Shown: positions 51,485-62,429, numbered from the stretch's first letter. The stretch is DNA of 64,000 nt from Nitrospirota bacterium (GCA_016215115.1 JACRLN010000033.1:16279-80278); one strand, 5' to 3'. The notes: generated by a model not told the origin, from the letters alone. Numbers and translations are program-made.

Positions 51485-52066
51485 ATGAAAATAATCGCAT
51501 TTAATGGAAGTCCCAGAAGCGGAGGTAATACGGAACTGCTTCTAAAGGAAACCATAAAGGGAATCGTAGATACCGGTCTGTCCGTTCATACATTTAATCT
51601 TAATGAAATGAATATCAGGCCGTGCCAGGATTGCGGCGGGTGTAATGAAACAGGAAAGTGTATTGTCAATGATGATATGGATCAGATATATGAGGCGATC
51701 CGTAGTGCCGACAGGATCATACTTGCTTCACCGATATTCTTTTTCTCAATCAGCGCCCAATCAAAGATTATGATAGACAGATGCCAGAGTTTCTGGTGCG
51801 AGAAATATCTTTTAAAAGAACCCATTAAGGCCGGTATTTATGGAAGAAAGGGACTTTTATTGCTTGTCGGCGGGATGAAAAAAGAGATAGGAATACAATG
51901 TGCTGAAACCTGTGCCCAGGCATTTTTCAGAACAATAAGTGTTGCTGAACATGAGAAGCTTTTCTTTTTAGGTATCGATGCAAAGGGAGAAATCCTCCAT
52001 CATCCCACAGCGCTAAAAGACGCATATGAGGCAGGAAGAAAGCTTGTAGAGTTAAAAGTTAAGTAG
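51485..52066 (+). CDS. iron-sulfur flavoprotein (Isf/flavodoxin family)
   Basis: GSPRSGGNT, CQDCGGC...C, ASPIFF. Confidence 0.88.
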   Translation: MKIIAFNGSPRSGGNTELLLKETIKGIVDTGLSVHTFNLNEMNIRPCQDCGGCNETGKCIVNDDMDQIYEAIRSADRIILASPIFFFSISAQSKIMIDRCQSFWCEKYLLKEPIKAGIYGRKGLLLLVGGMKKEIGIQCAETCAQAFFRTISVAEHEKLFFLGIDAKGEILHHPTALKDAYEAGRKLVELKVK

Positions 52067-52077
52067 TGGCATTTTTC

Positions 52078-52162
52078 GTCATTCCCGCAGTCTGTTGAGC
52101 GGGAATCCAGAAGCAGTTGATTTAAAAAAACTGGATTCCCGATGAAAGACCCCGGGAATGAC
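52078..52162. repeat. naked GTCATTCCCGC REP-like doublet
   Basis: GTCATTCCCGC..GCGGGAATCCAG..CTGGATTCCCG..CGGGAATGAC without TIRs. Confidence 0.8.
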
Positions 52163-52174
52163 AAATCAGATTGT

Positions 52175-53322
52175 TTATTGTTCATTATTAATTGAATATG
52201 AAGCCTTCAACTGTCCGCACGCTGCAGAAATATCTGCGCCCATGCTTTTTCTGATTATAGCTGTAATTCCGGCTTTGTGCAGTATGCTCTGAAATTCAAG
52301 TATCTTCTTCCCGGAAGGTTGCCTGAACAGTTGGATAGTCTTCTGCAGAGGTGGAAGATTGCAAGGGATTAAGTTCACTTTTGATCTAATCCCCCGCAAA
52401 AGTTTAACAAGTCTCAGGGCGTCTTCATTTGTATCATTAATTCCATCCAGCAGAACATATTCAAAAGTTATGCGTCTACGGGCCGCTAAAGGCAATACTT
52501 TACATGTTTTTAAAAGTTCTCTTAAAGGATATTTTTTATTAATAGGCATTATTTTGTTCCTTGTTTCATCTGTTGTTGCGTTCAGTGATATGGCGAGATT
52601 GATATCAGGAAACTTATCAGCAAGTTTATAAATATTAGGGATTATACCTGCTGTTGAGACAGTAATCCTTCTTTTAGGGAAATTCATAAGATCAGTAATT
52701 CTCCTTAGAGCCTCGACAACCTCATTGAAATTATTTAATGGCTCTCCCATACCCATAAAGACAATGTTTGTGATGGAGGGTTGAAGGAGGTCTCCTCGTA
52801 AAATCCCCCCTTGCCCCCCTTTTTCAAAGTGGGGAAGGTCAGAAAGCCCCCCTTTAGAAAAGGGGGGGGGGGATTTGAAATGATTCTACTAACAGATATG
52901 ACCTGATCAACGATTTCATATGCCCTGAGATTTCTTTTCAACCCTAATTTCCCTGTTACACAGAATACGCAACCCAAAGCACAACCGACCTGTGATGAAA
53001 TACACAGTGTAAATTTATTTTCTCCTCTTGTATTCGGGATTAGAACACTCTCAATTGCTTCGCCATCTTCAAGCAGGAAGAGAAATTTCTGAGTGCCATC
53101 AGTTGAAATCTGTGTTTGCAGGAGCTTAAGATTACTTAAAAAGGCTGATTTATTAAGTTCTTTCCTGAATTCTACAGGCAGGTCTGTCATCTCATCAAAA
53201 GAACTTGCCAGTTTTTTATATATCCAGTTGATGATCTGTTTGGCCCTGTATGGTTTTTGACCGAGTTTATTGATGAACAGGTCTATTTTATCATTTGATA
53301 ATTCTTTAAAGTTTTTTTTCAT
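52175..53322 (-). pseudogene. rlmN: 23S rRNA m2A2503 methyltransferase, frameshifted at a C11 run within a repeat insertion
   Basis: CISSQVGCALGCVFC in the 5' frame; MGMGEP and AACGQL in the 3' frame. Confidence 0.85.
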
Positions 53323-53523
53323 AAATTCCGATATAGATAAATGTAGATTATTATAGCTTAATTCTATAAGGGTTTAAGAACTGTTTATTAAGGAATTAGG
53401 ATTTACTTGAAAAAAATATGATTCTAACTACTATATTGTTGAGATCGAAGGGACACAGGATATTAACAGCATCTGTTAGAAATAACTTTATAAATGTATT
53501 GGATAAAACGGTTTTAGAAACAT

Positions 53524-53904
53524 ATGATTAAAAAAATATTAATAGTTGATGATTCCCCCATTGCGAGGAAGATGCTGAAAAGCTGTTTGCCTAAAGATCA
53601 GGGTTTCGAATTTCATGAGGCATGTGATGGCAGTGAGGGTGTAGAAAAATACAAGAGCATCTGTCCTGATCTGACCTTTATGGATTTAACAATGCCTGTA
53701 ATGACCGGTTATGAAGCTGTTGAGGAAATAATAAAACATGACAGGAATGCAATAATTATTGTTGTTACAGCAGACGTGCAGTTGAAGGCAATTAAAACCG
53801 TTCTGGATTCAGGCGCTTATATGGTATTAAGAAAGCCACTTAAAAAAGAAGATCTTCTAATTGCTTTATCAAAGGCGCAGGATACTCTACAGAAGGTTGA
53901 ATAA
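53524..53904 (+). CDS. single-domain CheY-like response regulator
   Basis: VDDS, MDLTMP, KP. Confidence 0.9.
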   Translation: MIKKILIVDDSPIARKMLKSCLPKDQGFEFHEACDGSEGVEKYKSICPDLTFMDLTMPVMTGYEAVEEIIKHDRNAIIIVVTADVQLKAIKTVLDSGAYMVLRKPLKKEDLLIALSKAQDTLQKVE

Positions 53905-53907
53905 ATT

Positions 53908-54552
53908 ATGAATATAGACAAAACTCAGATTTTTACAGGTGAAGAATTAGAAATCCTGCAGGAAATAATGAATATTGCTTTTGGGAAGTCTGCAGCGGAC
54001 CTTGCAGATGTAATAGATACCCATGTAGTTCTTAATGTCCCGTTTATCAGTATTATGCAGGTAATGGAATTGCCCGATTATATCCGGAAGCATGTCAAGG
54101 ACTACAAAAATATCAGTATTGTTGAACAGCATTTTTGGGGTCGCTTTAAGGGAGACGCCCTTTTAGTGTTTTCTTCAGGTTCGGGTAAAGAGTTGATAGG
54201 AATGTTACAGCGTGGAGAAAATGTAAGTTTAGAATCTGATCCGATTGAAATACTGGAAAGAGAAACTCTAATGGAAGTCGGCAATATCCTCATAGGAGCG
54301 TGTGTCGGAAAGGTAGCTGAGCTGCTTAAGGACGTTGTTACCTATACACCTCCGATGATTGTGTTAGAGAGATATTATGAAGATGCGATTTCTGAAAGCG
54401 AATTTGATCCGGATAAGGTTGCAATTGTTTTAAAGACCAACTTCAGTTTCAGTGAGGGCGATGTCAGCGGTTTTTTATTTCTGGTGACAAGTAATGATTC
54501 TATTCAATGGCTCAGGGAAGCATTACAAATCTTTATAGAGCAATATGAATGA
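53908..54552 (+). CDS. CheC-family phosphatase
   Basis: two ExxN motifs (QEIMNI, MEVGNI). Confidence 0.85.
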   Translation: MNIDKTQIFTGEELEILQEIMNIAFGKSAADLADVIDTHVVLNVPFISIMQVMELPDYIRKHVKDYKNISIVEQHFWGRFKGDALLVFSSGSGKELIGMLQRGENVSLESDPIEILERETLMEVGNILIGACVGKVAELLKDVVTYTPPMIVLERYYEDAISESEFDPDKVAIVLKTNFSFSEGDVSGFLFLVTSNDSIQWLREALQIFIEQYE

Positions 54553-55451
54553 TATTACAACAGATTTTTGATGCGATTAATCTTGGCATTGTAATCCTTG
54601 ACAGGGATTTAAAAATAAAGGAATGGAACCGCTGGATGGAAATTCACAGCGGTACCGCCGCTGATGCAATAAAAGACACCTCTATTTTAGAGGTCTTTCC
54701 TAATTTAAACAATCCGAAATTCATAAGGAGCTGTAAATCGGTATTTACTTTTGGGAATTTCTGTTTTTTTTCACAGAAACTGCATCAGTATTTATTTCCT
54801 TTTAAAACAAAAAGTTATTCCGATACCAGATTTGAATTTATGCAGCAGAGTTGTGCAATGGGCCCGCTGCGTGATGAAAATAACAATATAAAATATCTAT
54901 TTGTTTATGTTCAGGATGTGACAGAGGTTGCTATATATGAGAACAAACTTGTTGAGATGAACATGAGAGACGGACTTACAGGAATATATAACAGAAGATT
55001 TCTGGAGACAATACTTAAAAACGAATTCAACAGGCATAAAAGATACGGAGGCATTTTCAGCATAATCATGTTTGATATAGATTATTTTAAAAAAGTTAAT
55101 GATACATATGGTCATCAGTGTGGCGATTTTATTTTAAAATCAATCAGCTCAAGAACCTCCTCACTTATCAGAAATATAGATTATCTGGCCCGATATGGCG
55201 GAGAGGAATTTTGCTGTTTACTCCCTGAAACCGGAATCCAACCAGCAATAAGTGTCGCAGAACGTTTCAGAACAGCGATATTTGAACAGGAAAACAATTA
55301 TGATGGCAACATTATAAAAGTCACTATAAGTCTGGGGGTTGCTGAATTCAGGGACGAGATAGAATCTGTGAACATGTTAATTAAAAAAGCAGATGAAGCT
55401 CTTTATAAAGCTAAGAAAGAAGGACGCAACAAGGTCATGGTTATGGAGTGA
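54549..55451 (+). CDS. PAS-GGDEF diguanylate cyclase
   Basis: WNRWME PAS, RNID I-site, GGEEF. Confidence 0.92.
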   Translation: MILQQIFDAINLGIVILDRDLKIKEWNRWMEIHSGTAADAIKDTSILEVFPNLNNPKFIRSCKSVFTFGNFCFFSQKLHQYLFPFKTKSYSDTRFEFMQQSCAMGPLRDENNNIKYLFVYVQDVTEVAIYENKLVEMNMRDGLTGIYNRRFLETILKNEFNRHKRYGGIFSIIMFDIDYFKKVNDTYGHQCGDFILKSISSRTSSLIRNIDYLARYGGEEFCCLLPETGIQPAISVAERFRTAIFEQENNYDGNIIKVTISLGVAEFRDEIESVNMLIKKADEALYKAKKEGRNKVMVME

Positions 55452-55720
55452 CCCTTCTTGACAAATAACATACTTTCCGTCAGTTTTGATTTATTCCCGT
55501 TCGTTTATATTTAAGTTGAAAAATAACTCGTTACAACCACTGAGTCACTGAGACACAGAGAAAATAAACTTAGAAGTATGAACTAAGAAATAAGAAGTAA
55601 AAAACCTTTTTCTCAGTTATCAGTTCTCAGCTTTTAGTTCTCAGTTTTTCTCTCCATGTCTTTGTGTTTATATTTATACTATTCAGCTTTATTACGAAAG
55701 AAACTTTATTTTTTTAAACC

Positions 55721-55736
55721 CGTCAAACTGTTGACG
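55721..55736. promoter_or_regulatory. GTCA-N6-TGAC box (FleQ-box-like)
   Basis: CGTCAAACTGTTGACG. Confidence 0.55.
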
Positions 55737-55765
55737 TTGTTTTTATAATATGGCATTATAGTACC

Positions 55766-57160
55766 ATGCAGCGTATCCTGATCATTGATGACGAGCCATC
55801 TATCAGAGAACTGTTAAAGGATTTTCTTACAGGCAAAGGTTTTGAAGTTGTAACTGCATCAGATGGTGAATCAGGACTTAATCTCCTGAAAGAAGATAAA
55901 TTTGACCTTTTATTACTTGATCTCATGATGCCGGGTATGAACGGTATGGATGTTTTGCGTGAGATCGCTTCTGAAAAGATTGATATCCCTGCAATAATGA
56001 TAACTGCATATGCCAGTGTTTCTACCGCAGTGGAAGCTATGAAACTCGGCGCTTTTGACTATATAACAAAACCTTTTGTGCTTGAAGATGTGCACCTTGC
56101 AATAAAAAGGGCTCTCGATGTTTCCAGGCTTCAGGAGGAAAACAGCAGGCTTAAGAAAGAACTGAAAAAGAAATTCAGTACCCATAAGATCATCGGCAAT
56201 TCCCTGCCGCTTCAGGAAGTTATCAAATTTATAGAAAAGATAGCTGATACAGACAGCACGGTCCTTGTCACTGGAGAGAGCGGTACAGGTAAAGAACTTG
56301 TTGCAAAGACAATACATTATAACAGTCCAAGAGCACGCAGTACCTTTGTACCGTTAAATTGCGCTGCAATTCCAAAGGACATACTTGAGTCTGAACTTTT
56401 TGGACATGAAAAAGGTGCTTTTACGGGCGCTGTAACAACAAGGATAGGCCGTTTTGAACTTGCAAACAATGGCACCCTTTTTCTTGATGAAATTGGGGAA
56501 CTGGCTCCTTCGCTTCAGGTCAAACTTCTGAGGGTCCTTCAGGAAAAAGAATTTGAGAGAGTCGGCGGCATAAAGACCATAAAGGTAGATGTCAGAATTA
56601 TTGCTGCAACAAACAGGGATCTGGAAAAAGCAGTGAAAGACGGAACTTTTAGAGAGGATCTTTATTACAGACTTAATGTAATCCCGTTACATTTACCGCC
56701 ATTAAGAAAGATGAAAGAAGATGTACCGTTATTAATTGAGCATTTTATCATAGAAATATCAAAAAGAAAGAAAAAGGAGCCTCCAAAGATTTCACATGAG
56801 ACCATGAGTTATCTCGCAAATTACAGATGGCCCGGTAATGTGCGGGAGCTTGAAAATCTTATAGAGAGACTTATAATCCTCAAAGAAGGCGACTACATTA
56901 CACCTGATGAACTTCCGGAGAGATTCCTTGAAAACCGTCATACGCCTAAAGTCGTTACAAAATCAAAATTATTATCATCCGAAGGAGTTGATCTTAATGT
57001 AGTGCTTGACGAGCTAGAGAACAACATGATTATTCAGGCCCTGGAAATGTCAAAGGGTGTAAAGAGCAAGGCTGCAAGCCTTCTGGGGCTCAACAGGACT
57101 ACCCTGATTGAAAAAATGAAGAAAAAATCTATTGATTTCCACACAAAGACCGTTGAGTAA
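55766..57160 (+). CDS. sigma54 enhancer-binding response regulator (FleQ/FlrA position)
   Basis: [17 protein letters not shown], Fis HTH; heads the flagellar cluster. Confidence 0.9.
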   Translation: MQRILIIDDEPSIRELLKDFLTGKGFEVVTASDGESGLNLLKEDKFDLLLLDLMMPGMNGMDVLREIASEKIDIPAIMITAYASVSTAVEAMKLGAFDYITKPFVLEDVHLAIKRALDVSRLQEENSRLKKELKKKFSTHKIIGNSLPLQEVIKFIEKIADTDSTVLVTGESGTGKELVAKTIHYNSPRARSTFVPLNCAAIPKDILESELFGHEKGAFTGAVTTRIGRFELANNGTLFLDEIGELAPSLQVKLLRVLQEKEFERVGGIKTIKVDVRIIAATNRDLEKAVKDGTFREDLYYRLNVIPLHLPPLRKMKEDVPLLIEHFIIEISKRKKKEPPKISHETMSYLANYRWPGNVRELENLIERLIILKEGDYITPDELPERFLENRHTPKVVTKSKLLSSEGVDLNVVLDELENNMIIQALEMSKGVKSKAASLLGLNRTTLIEKMKKKSIDFHTKTVE

Positions 57161-57162
57161 TT

Positions 57163-57333
57163 AGAGTCTGTTTATAAAGTCAAACACTGAAGCGTCATTC
57201 CCGCAGTTGTTGAGCGGGAATCCAGTCTATTCAGTAAGTTCTGGATGCCCGATTAATGACCCCCGCTTACGACGTGCGGGGGCAGGCTTCGGGCATGACA
57301 AAAATAAAAAATAGCAATTTATGGACAGACTCT
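57163..57333. mobile_element. MITE family C
   Basis: AGAGTCTGTTTATAAA/TTTATGGACAGACTCT with TAATT/AATTA flanks. Confidence 0.85.
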
Positions 57334-57422
57334 AATTAATATCCCACCGCTAAAGCACGCTAAACCGTCATTTTAATGACACCCCATTTTCCTTAGAAAT
57401 CATAAAAAACCAGTAGTTGGGT

Positions 57423-57439
57423 TTGGCATATTTATTGCT
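57423..57439 (+). promoter_or_regulatory. sigma54 promoter, with an upstream GTCATTTTAATGAC box at 57367-57380
   Basis: TTGGCATATTTATTGCT (GG-N10-GC). Confidence 0.75.
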
Positions 57440-57451
57440 GTTTATACTGGC

Positions 57452-59899
57452 ATGAATATTTTGTTTGTAATAATCGTTTCATTGTTCTTGATTGTTTGCC
57501 CCCCCTCATATGATATCCAGGCTGCGCTACAAAATGATGCTGCTGCACCTCTGAAGGTCAGGGCCAGTAATCATTCCGAGTTTCTAAGAATAGTTTTGGA
57601 AGGCCCGAAGACTTTAATATCAAAAGGGAAGGTGAACCAGAAAGAAAAAAATATATTCGCCAAATTCTCTGATTCAGATTTTACATTACAAAACGAAAAA
57701 AGCCATGTTCCCTGCAAAAGGAATAATGACACCCTGGTATTTTCATTAAACTATATAGGCGATATAAAGGTTTTTACTCTTGAGGAACCGAGCCGGCTCA
57801 TTATTGATATATTTAAAAAAGCACAAAAAAATAAAATAGGCAACGAAGGTAATAAAGTTAAAAACAATAAAAGCAGGGTCATGGAAAAATATGAGAAGAA
57901 AGACGCGGGGAAATCATTAACAAGCATATCTGAACGGCATGCATATAACAGTACAAAGGATAAAGGAAATAAAAACAACCCTTCTGCATCTTTCTTTAGC
58001 ACGGAGGCTGAAGCCTCAACAATACAGGAAAGAGACGATATCAGGCGACCAAATCTGGAGCAAAATCAAAAGGACAAAAGTACAGTAATTGCTGCAGATG
58101 ATATTGATGATGACTACAGTTTTATTCCGGAAAAATATAAAAAAGTATGGTCTGTTTTCAAAAAAGAGAATAACCCTTATAAAGTCATTTCAGAGCTTTC
58201 CGCAAATAAACCTTCTGATGTTGAATCTCTTGCTGTTTATCACTTTATCCGTGGAGAAGCATTGAGTGAAATAAAGCGGTATTTTGAAGCAATAGAACAA
58301 CTGCGTCTGGCATATATATATGCATCAAATGAAAAGCTGAAAGAAGTGTCTCTCATCAAAAGGGCAGAGGCATATGTAAAACTCGGTTTTATATATGAAG
58401 CAAAAAATAATTATTTTGTCTTCATCAGAGATTATCCGTCATCAAAATACCTTGCAAAGGCGCATCTTGGGATGGCAAACAGCCTGTCGGAGATTGGTTA
58501 TTTTACTGAAGCAGTGGAGCATTACAGAATGGCAGGAAACAATCCTGAAGTCATGTTTAATATGGCAAATGCATTACAAAAGCTTGAGAAAGTAGATGAA
58601 GCACACAAGGCATATTCGAATGCCATGCTTGTCGACAGAAATTATCCCGAAAGATCCCCGGAGACTTATTATCTTATGGGTGAAAATTTATGGATGTCCG
58701 GGAAACTTATAGAAGCAAAAAAAATATTATCAACGATCAACAGCGGTCCTTTCAGAGACAACGCCAGCATAAGTCTCGGTCTTATAGCTATGGAAGAGTC
58801 AAATAATGACGAGGCTATAAAACATTTCCAGTCTGTTGCTTTTACCAGGAATATAAAGGTAAAGGTTAAAGCATTATTCAACCTTTCATTAGCGTTTTTA
58901 AAAACCGGCAAGTTGAAGGAATCAATTTCAACTCTTGAGGAAGTAAGAAAAAATTATCCTGATTCCTCTATGTATGACGAAGCATTGCTTGTTCTCTCAA
59001 GACTTTATAAACATGAAGGCAGAATAAAAGAATCTGTTGCTTTATTAAAGGAACTTGTTTATGGAAATCACCCTCCGATGGAAGCTTTCGGCGAGCTTGA
59101 GGCTATCCTCCTTGAAGCAAGCGGAAAGACAGTCCCCGGGGCAGAAGGAGAATTACGTTTTACAGATTTATGGAGAGAAGTAGGCCAGTGGATGCTTGAT
59201 GAAACAAGAGGGGAATTTTTACTGAAGATGGCAAAAAGTCTTAAACCTGAGGGTAAACCATTCTTGCAGTTGTGTTCATGGCTTGTTGAGAATACATCAG
59301 GGAATGTAAGGCAAACTGCAGCTCTTGATCTTGCAGACTATTATGCCGGTTTAGAAGACATCCGGCTTGCAGAAAAATATTTTACAGTAGTGAAAGAGAC
59401 AAACAGGGAATTGAAGGCAAAACAGTCGAATGACTCTATTCTGAGAATTGAAGCAAAAATAAGCCAGGGCAACAAAAACACCGACTTGGCATTAAAAAAC
59501 ATTATGGCAATAAAAGAGTTTGAGAAAGGGGATTTTAAACTGCTTGGAAAAACAATATCTGACTTGAAACAATCTGGTTCAAACAATGTAAAACAGGCCA
59601 CAGCCTTATATGAAAAAATGATAAATAAATATGATGGAGAGGCAGAAGATTATGTCAGATTGGCTGATATTCTTTATGACACCGATGAAGAAAGTGCGCT
59701 TAAATATTACCGGACTGCTTATGAGAAAAACCCTAAAGATGAATGGACCATATACAGAATCGGGCTTATCGTTGATATGCCCGAGACAAGTAAGATGCTG
59801 GGTCAGTTGCAAAAAGGTGATAATTTGTTAAGCCGTATGGCAAAAACAAAGCTTATGGAGATTAATCTTTTAAATAAAATAAACGAGGTATATCAATAA
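57452..59899 (+). CDS. exported TPR protein with N-terminal AMIN-like region
   Basis: signal peptide, FTLEEPSRLIIDI, many TPR helices (YPSSKY, YPDSSM). Confidence 0.8.
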   Translation: MNILFVIIVSLFLIVCPPSYDIQAALQNDAAAPLKVRASNHSEFLRIVLEGPKTLISKGKVNQKEKNIFAKFSDSDFTLQNEKSHVPCKRNNDTLVFSLNYIGDIKVFTLEEPSRLIIDIFKKAQKNKIGNEGNKVKNNKSRVMEKYEKKDAGKSLTSISERHAYNSTKDKGNKNNPSASFFSTEAEASTIQERDDIRRPNLEQNQKDKSTVIAADDIDDDYSFIPEKYKKVWSVFKKENNPYKVISELSANKPSDVESLAVYHFIRGEALSEIKRYFEAIEQLRLAYIYASNEKLKEVSLIKRAEAYVKLGFIYEAKNNYFVFIRDYPSSKYLAKAHLGMANSLSEIGYFTEAVEHYRMAGNNPEVMFNMANALQKLEKVDEAHKAYSNAMLVDRNYPERSPETYYLMGENLWMSGKLIEAKKILSTINSGPFRDNASISLGLIAMEESNNDEAIKHFQSVAFTRNIKVKVKALFNLSLAFLKTGKLKESISTLEEVRKNYPDSSMYDEALLVLSRLYKHEGRIKESVALLKELVYGNHPPMEAFGELEAILLEASGKTVPGAEGELRFTDLWREVGQWMLDETRGEFLLKMAKSLKPEGKPFLQLCSWLVENTSGNVRQTAALDLADYYAGLEDIRLAEKYFTVVKETNRELKAKQSNDSILRIEAKISQGNKNTDLALKNIMAIKEFEKGDFKLLGKTISDLKQSGSNNVKQATALYEKMINKYDGEAEDYVRLADILYDTDEESALKYYRTAYEKNPKDEWTIYRIGLIVDMPETSKMLGQLQKGDNLLSRMAKTKLMEINLLNKINEVYQ

Positions 59900-61156
59900 T
59901 TGGATAAGACGGTCAGGCTTAACGAAGCATTTTACAGTTTTACGCAGGCCTCAAAAAGCCTGGAGACATATTATGCCAGGCTGAGCGAAAAAGTTCAGTA
60001 TCTTACCGGAGAGCTGGAGAAGAAGAACGCGCAGCTAAATGATGTTATTTCAAAACTGAGAGAATCAAAAGATTTTTTACACGCAGTATTGCAGAGTATA
60101 GGCGAGGCGATGATTGTCCTGGATCAGGATGAGAGAATTACCATGATAAACAGGGCGGCAGAAGAGCTTTTTTGTCTGAATCTGGCTGATGCCAGAGGTA
60201 CGATGTTTAAAGACCTGAAATATGCACTGGAAGAAAGCAGTTCCGGTACCGTATTAACTGTGAAAGGAAGGAGATATGATGTAATACGATCGCGATCGAC
60301 GGTATTTGATTCGACAGGTTCTGTTCGCGGTCATGTTATCCTGATCAAGGACATTACAAAACTTAAAGAACTTGAAAGGCAGGATGAGAGGAATTCAAGG
60401 CTTATAGCTATGGGGGAGATGGCTGCAAAAATTGTCCATGAGATAAGAAGCCCCCTGTGCAGTATAGAACTCTTTTCCACTATGCTTTCTAACGACCTTG
60501 AAGGGACTCCCCATGCAGAAATGTCCAAAGGTATTTCAACCGGCATTCAAAGCCTTAATAATATTCTTACAAATATGCTTTTATTTGCCAGGAATCAGAA
60601 ACCGTCTTTCAGGGACGTTAAGCTCCGCAATGTTATTGAAGAATCCATAAAGATGTTAACGCCTCTCATAGAAATCAGAGGAGTGAGTATTGCAGGAGAA
60701 TTGAAAGATGAGATTATAAACGGCGATGCTGAACTATCCAAGCAGGTTTTTATGAACATAATTCTTAATGCGATCCAGTCAATGCCTGATGGGGGAAAAT
60801 TAGAAGTAGTGATGGAAAAAGGTGATGAATTCATAACTGTAGCAGTTAGAGATGAGGGTGAGGGTATCAATCCCGAAAATATTGAAAAGATATTTGATCC
60901 GTTTTTCAGCACAAAAGATAGAGGCACAGGACTTGGTCTTACGATTGCTCACAAGATAATGCAGTGCCACAATGGTTTTATAAAGGCGTTTAAAAACGAT
61001 TATAAAGGCAGTACTTTTTGTCTTTATTTTCCAAAGAATAACAACAACTCCTCTGTCTCCTCCGTAGGAGCGGGTTTGAAACCCGCCCCTGCAAATAGGG
61101 CAATTAAAGAGGGGTTTGTTTCAGGAGTAACAAATGAAAACAATACTTGTGGTTGA
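59900..61156 (+). CDS. PAS histidine kinase (FleS/FlrB-like)
   Basis: GEMAAKIVHEIRSP, FFSTK, GTGLGL. Confidence 0.9.
   Translation: MDKTVRLNEAFYSFTQASKSLETYYARLSEKVQYLTGELEKKNAQLNDVISKLRESKDFLHAVLQSIGEAMIVLDQDERITMINRAAEELFCLNLADARGTMFKDLKYALEESSSGTVLTVKGRRYDVIRSRSTVFDSTGSVRGHVILIKDITKLKELERQDERNSRLIAMGEMAAKIVHEIRSPLCSIELFSTMLSNDLEGTPHAEMSKGISTGIQSLNNILTNMLLFARNQKPSFRDVKLRNVIEESIKMLTPLIEIRGVSIAGELKDEIINGDAELSKQVFMNIILNAIQSMPDGGKLEVVMEKGDEFITVAVRDEGEGINPENIEKIFDPFFSTKDRGTGLGLTIAHKIMQCHNGFIKAFKNDYKGSTFCLYFPKNNNNSSVSSVGAGLKPAPANRAIKEGFVSGVTNENNTCG
61064..61092. repeat. GTAG-type REP within the 3' end of the kinase ORF
   Basis: GTAGGAGCGGGTTTGAAACCCGCCCCTGC. Confidence 0.75.
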
Positions 61157-62429
61157 TGACGATCCGCAATTAAGGACAGCATTGAAAGAGGCTATTGTCA
61201 GAATAGGTTATTCTGTAATGCTTGCCGAAGATCCAATAGATGCGCTGAAGAAACTCGAAGACACCTCTGTATCGATGATTGTTACAGATATGAAAATGCC
61301 CAGAATGGACGGAGTTGCATTCATAAAAGAAGCAAGGAAAAGGGTTGGGAACCTGCCGATTCTTGTTATAACAGGTTTTGCGACAATTGAAAACGCTGTT
61401 AATGCCATGAAAGAAGGGGCGTGTGATTATCTGATGAAGCCGTTTTCTTTTGATTCTCTTATGAAGGCTGTTGAATCCATTATGTCGAGTGTTTCATATG
61501 CTCATAACGAACTATTAACCAACAATGAAAACATGAAGAATCTCATACAACTCTCACGGAGCGTTGCACTAAGCGATATGACAGTGCTTATTCTTGGCGA
61601 AAGTGGCACTGGAAAAGAACTGTTTGCAAGGTATATTCACAAGACAAGCCACAGAAGCAAAAAACAGTTTATCGCGGTTAATTGCGCGGCTATCCCGGAC
61701 AATCTTCTCGAATCCGAGCTTTTTGGTTATGAAAAAGGCGCTTTTACAGGCGCCCTGGAAAAGAAGATCGGCAAGTTTGAACTTGCTCACGGAGGCACAA
61801 TTCTTCTCGATGAAATAGGAGAAATGTCAGCAACATTACAGGCGAAATTATTGAGAGTTCTGCAGGAGAGGGAGATTGACAGGATAGGGAGTAAACAGCC
61901 TGTACCTGTTGATGTAAGGGTAATTGCTACTACCAACAGGGACCTGAAAAAAGAGATAAATGAAGGAAGGTTCAGAGAGGATCTCTATTACAGATTGAGC
62001 GCTTTCCCGATTCAATTACCTCCTTTAAGGGAAAGACCTGAAGATGTACTACTGCTCTCAGAACACTTTATAAAGAAGTTTGCTGAACAAATGAACAAAA
62101 CCGTTACAGGTTTTACAGATGAGGCCGTGGAGTTGCTTACAACACGGCAATGGAAAGGTAATATACGCGAACTTGAAAACGCAATTCATCGGTCAGTACT
62201 TATTGCTAAAAAAGACCTGATAGACTCAGATGACTTTATGCTTGAGGGAAATTCAAATCAATATCATCCGAACAACGGAAGCTTGAAGGAAATGGAAATG
62301 GATTTAATACATAGGACCCTTGAAGAAACAAATGGAAACAAGGCAAAGGCCGCAAAAAAACTTGGAGTGAGCGTAAGAACAATCAGGAACAAACTTGATG
62401 AATACGGGAAAAATTTTCCCACTGTGTGA
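61134..62429 (+). CDS. sigma54 response regulator (FleR/FlrC-like)
   Basis: [29 protein letters not shown]. Confidence 0.9.
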   Translation: MKTILVVDDDPQLRTALKEAIVRIGYSVMLAEDPIDALKKLEDTSVSMIVTDMKMPRMDGVAFIKEARKRVGNLPILVITGFATIENAVNAMKEGACDYLMKPFSFDSLMKAVESIMSSVSYAHNELLTNNENMKNLIQLSRSVALSDMTVLILGESGTGKELFARYIHKTSHRSKKQFIAVNCAAIPDNLLESELFGYEKGAFTGALEKKIGKFELAHGGTILLDEIGEMSATLQAKLLRVLQEREIDRIGSKQPVPVDVRVIATTNRDLKKEINEGRFREDLYYRLSAFPIQLPPLRERPEDVLLLSEHFIKKFAEQMNKTVTGFTDEAVELLTTRQWKGNIRELENAIHRSVLIAKKDLIDSDDFMLEGNSNQYHPNNGSLKEMEMDLIHRTLEETNGNKAKAAKKLGVSVRTIRNKLDEYGKNFPTV

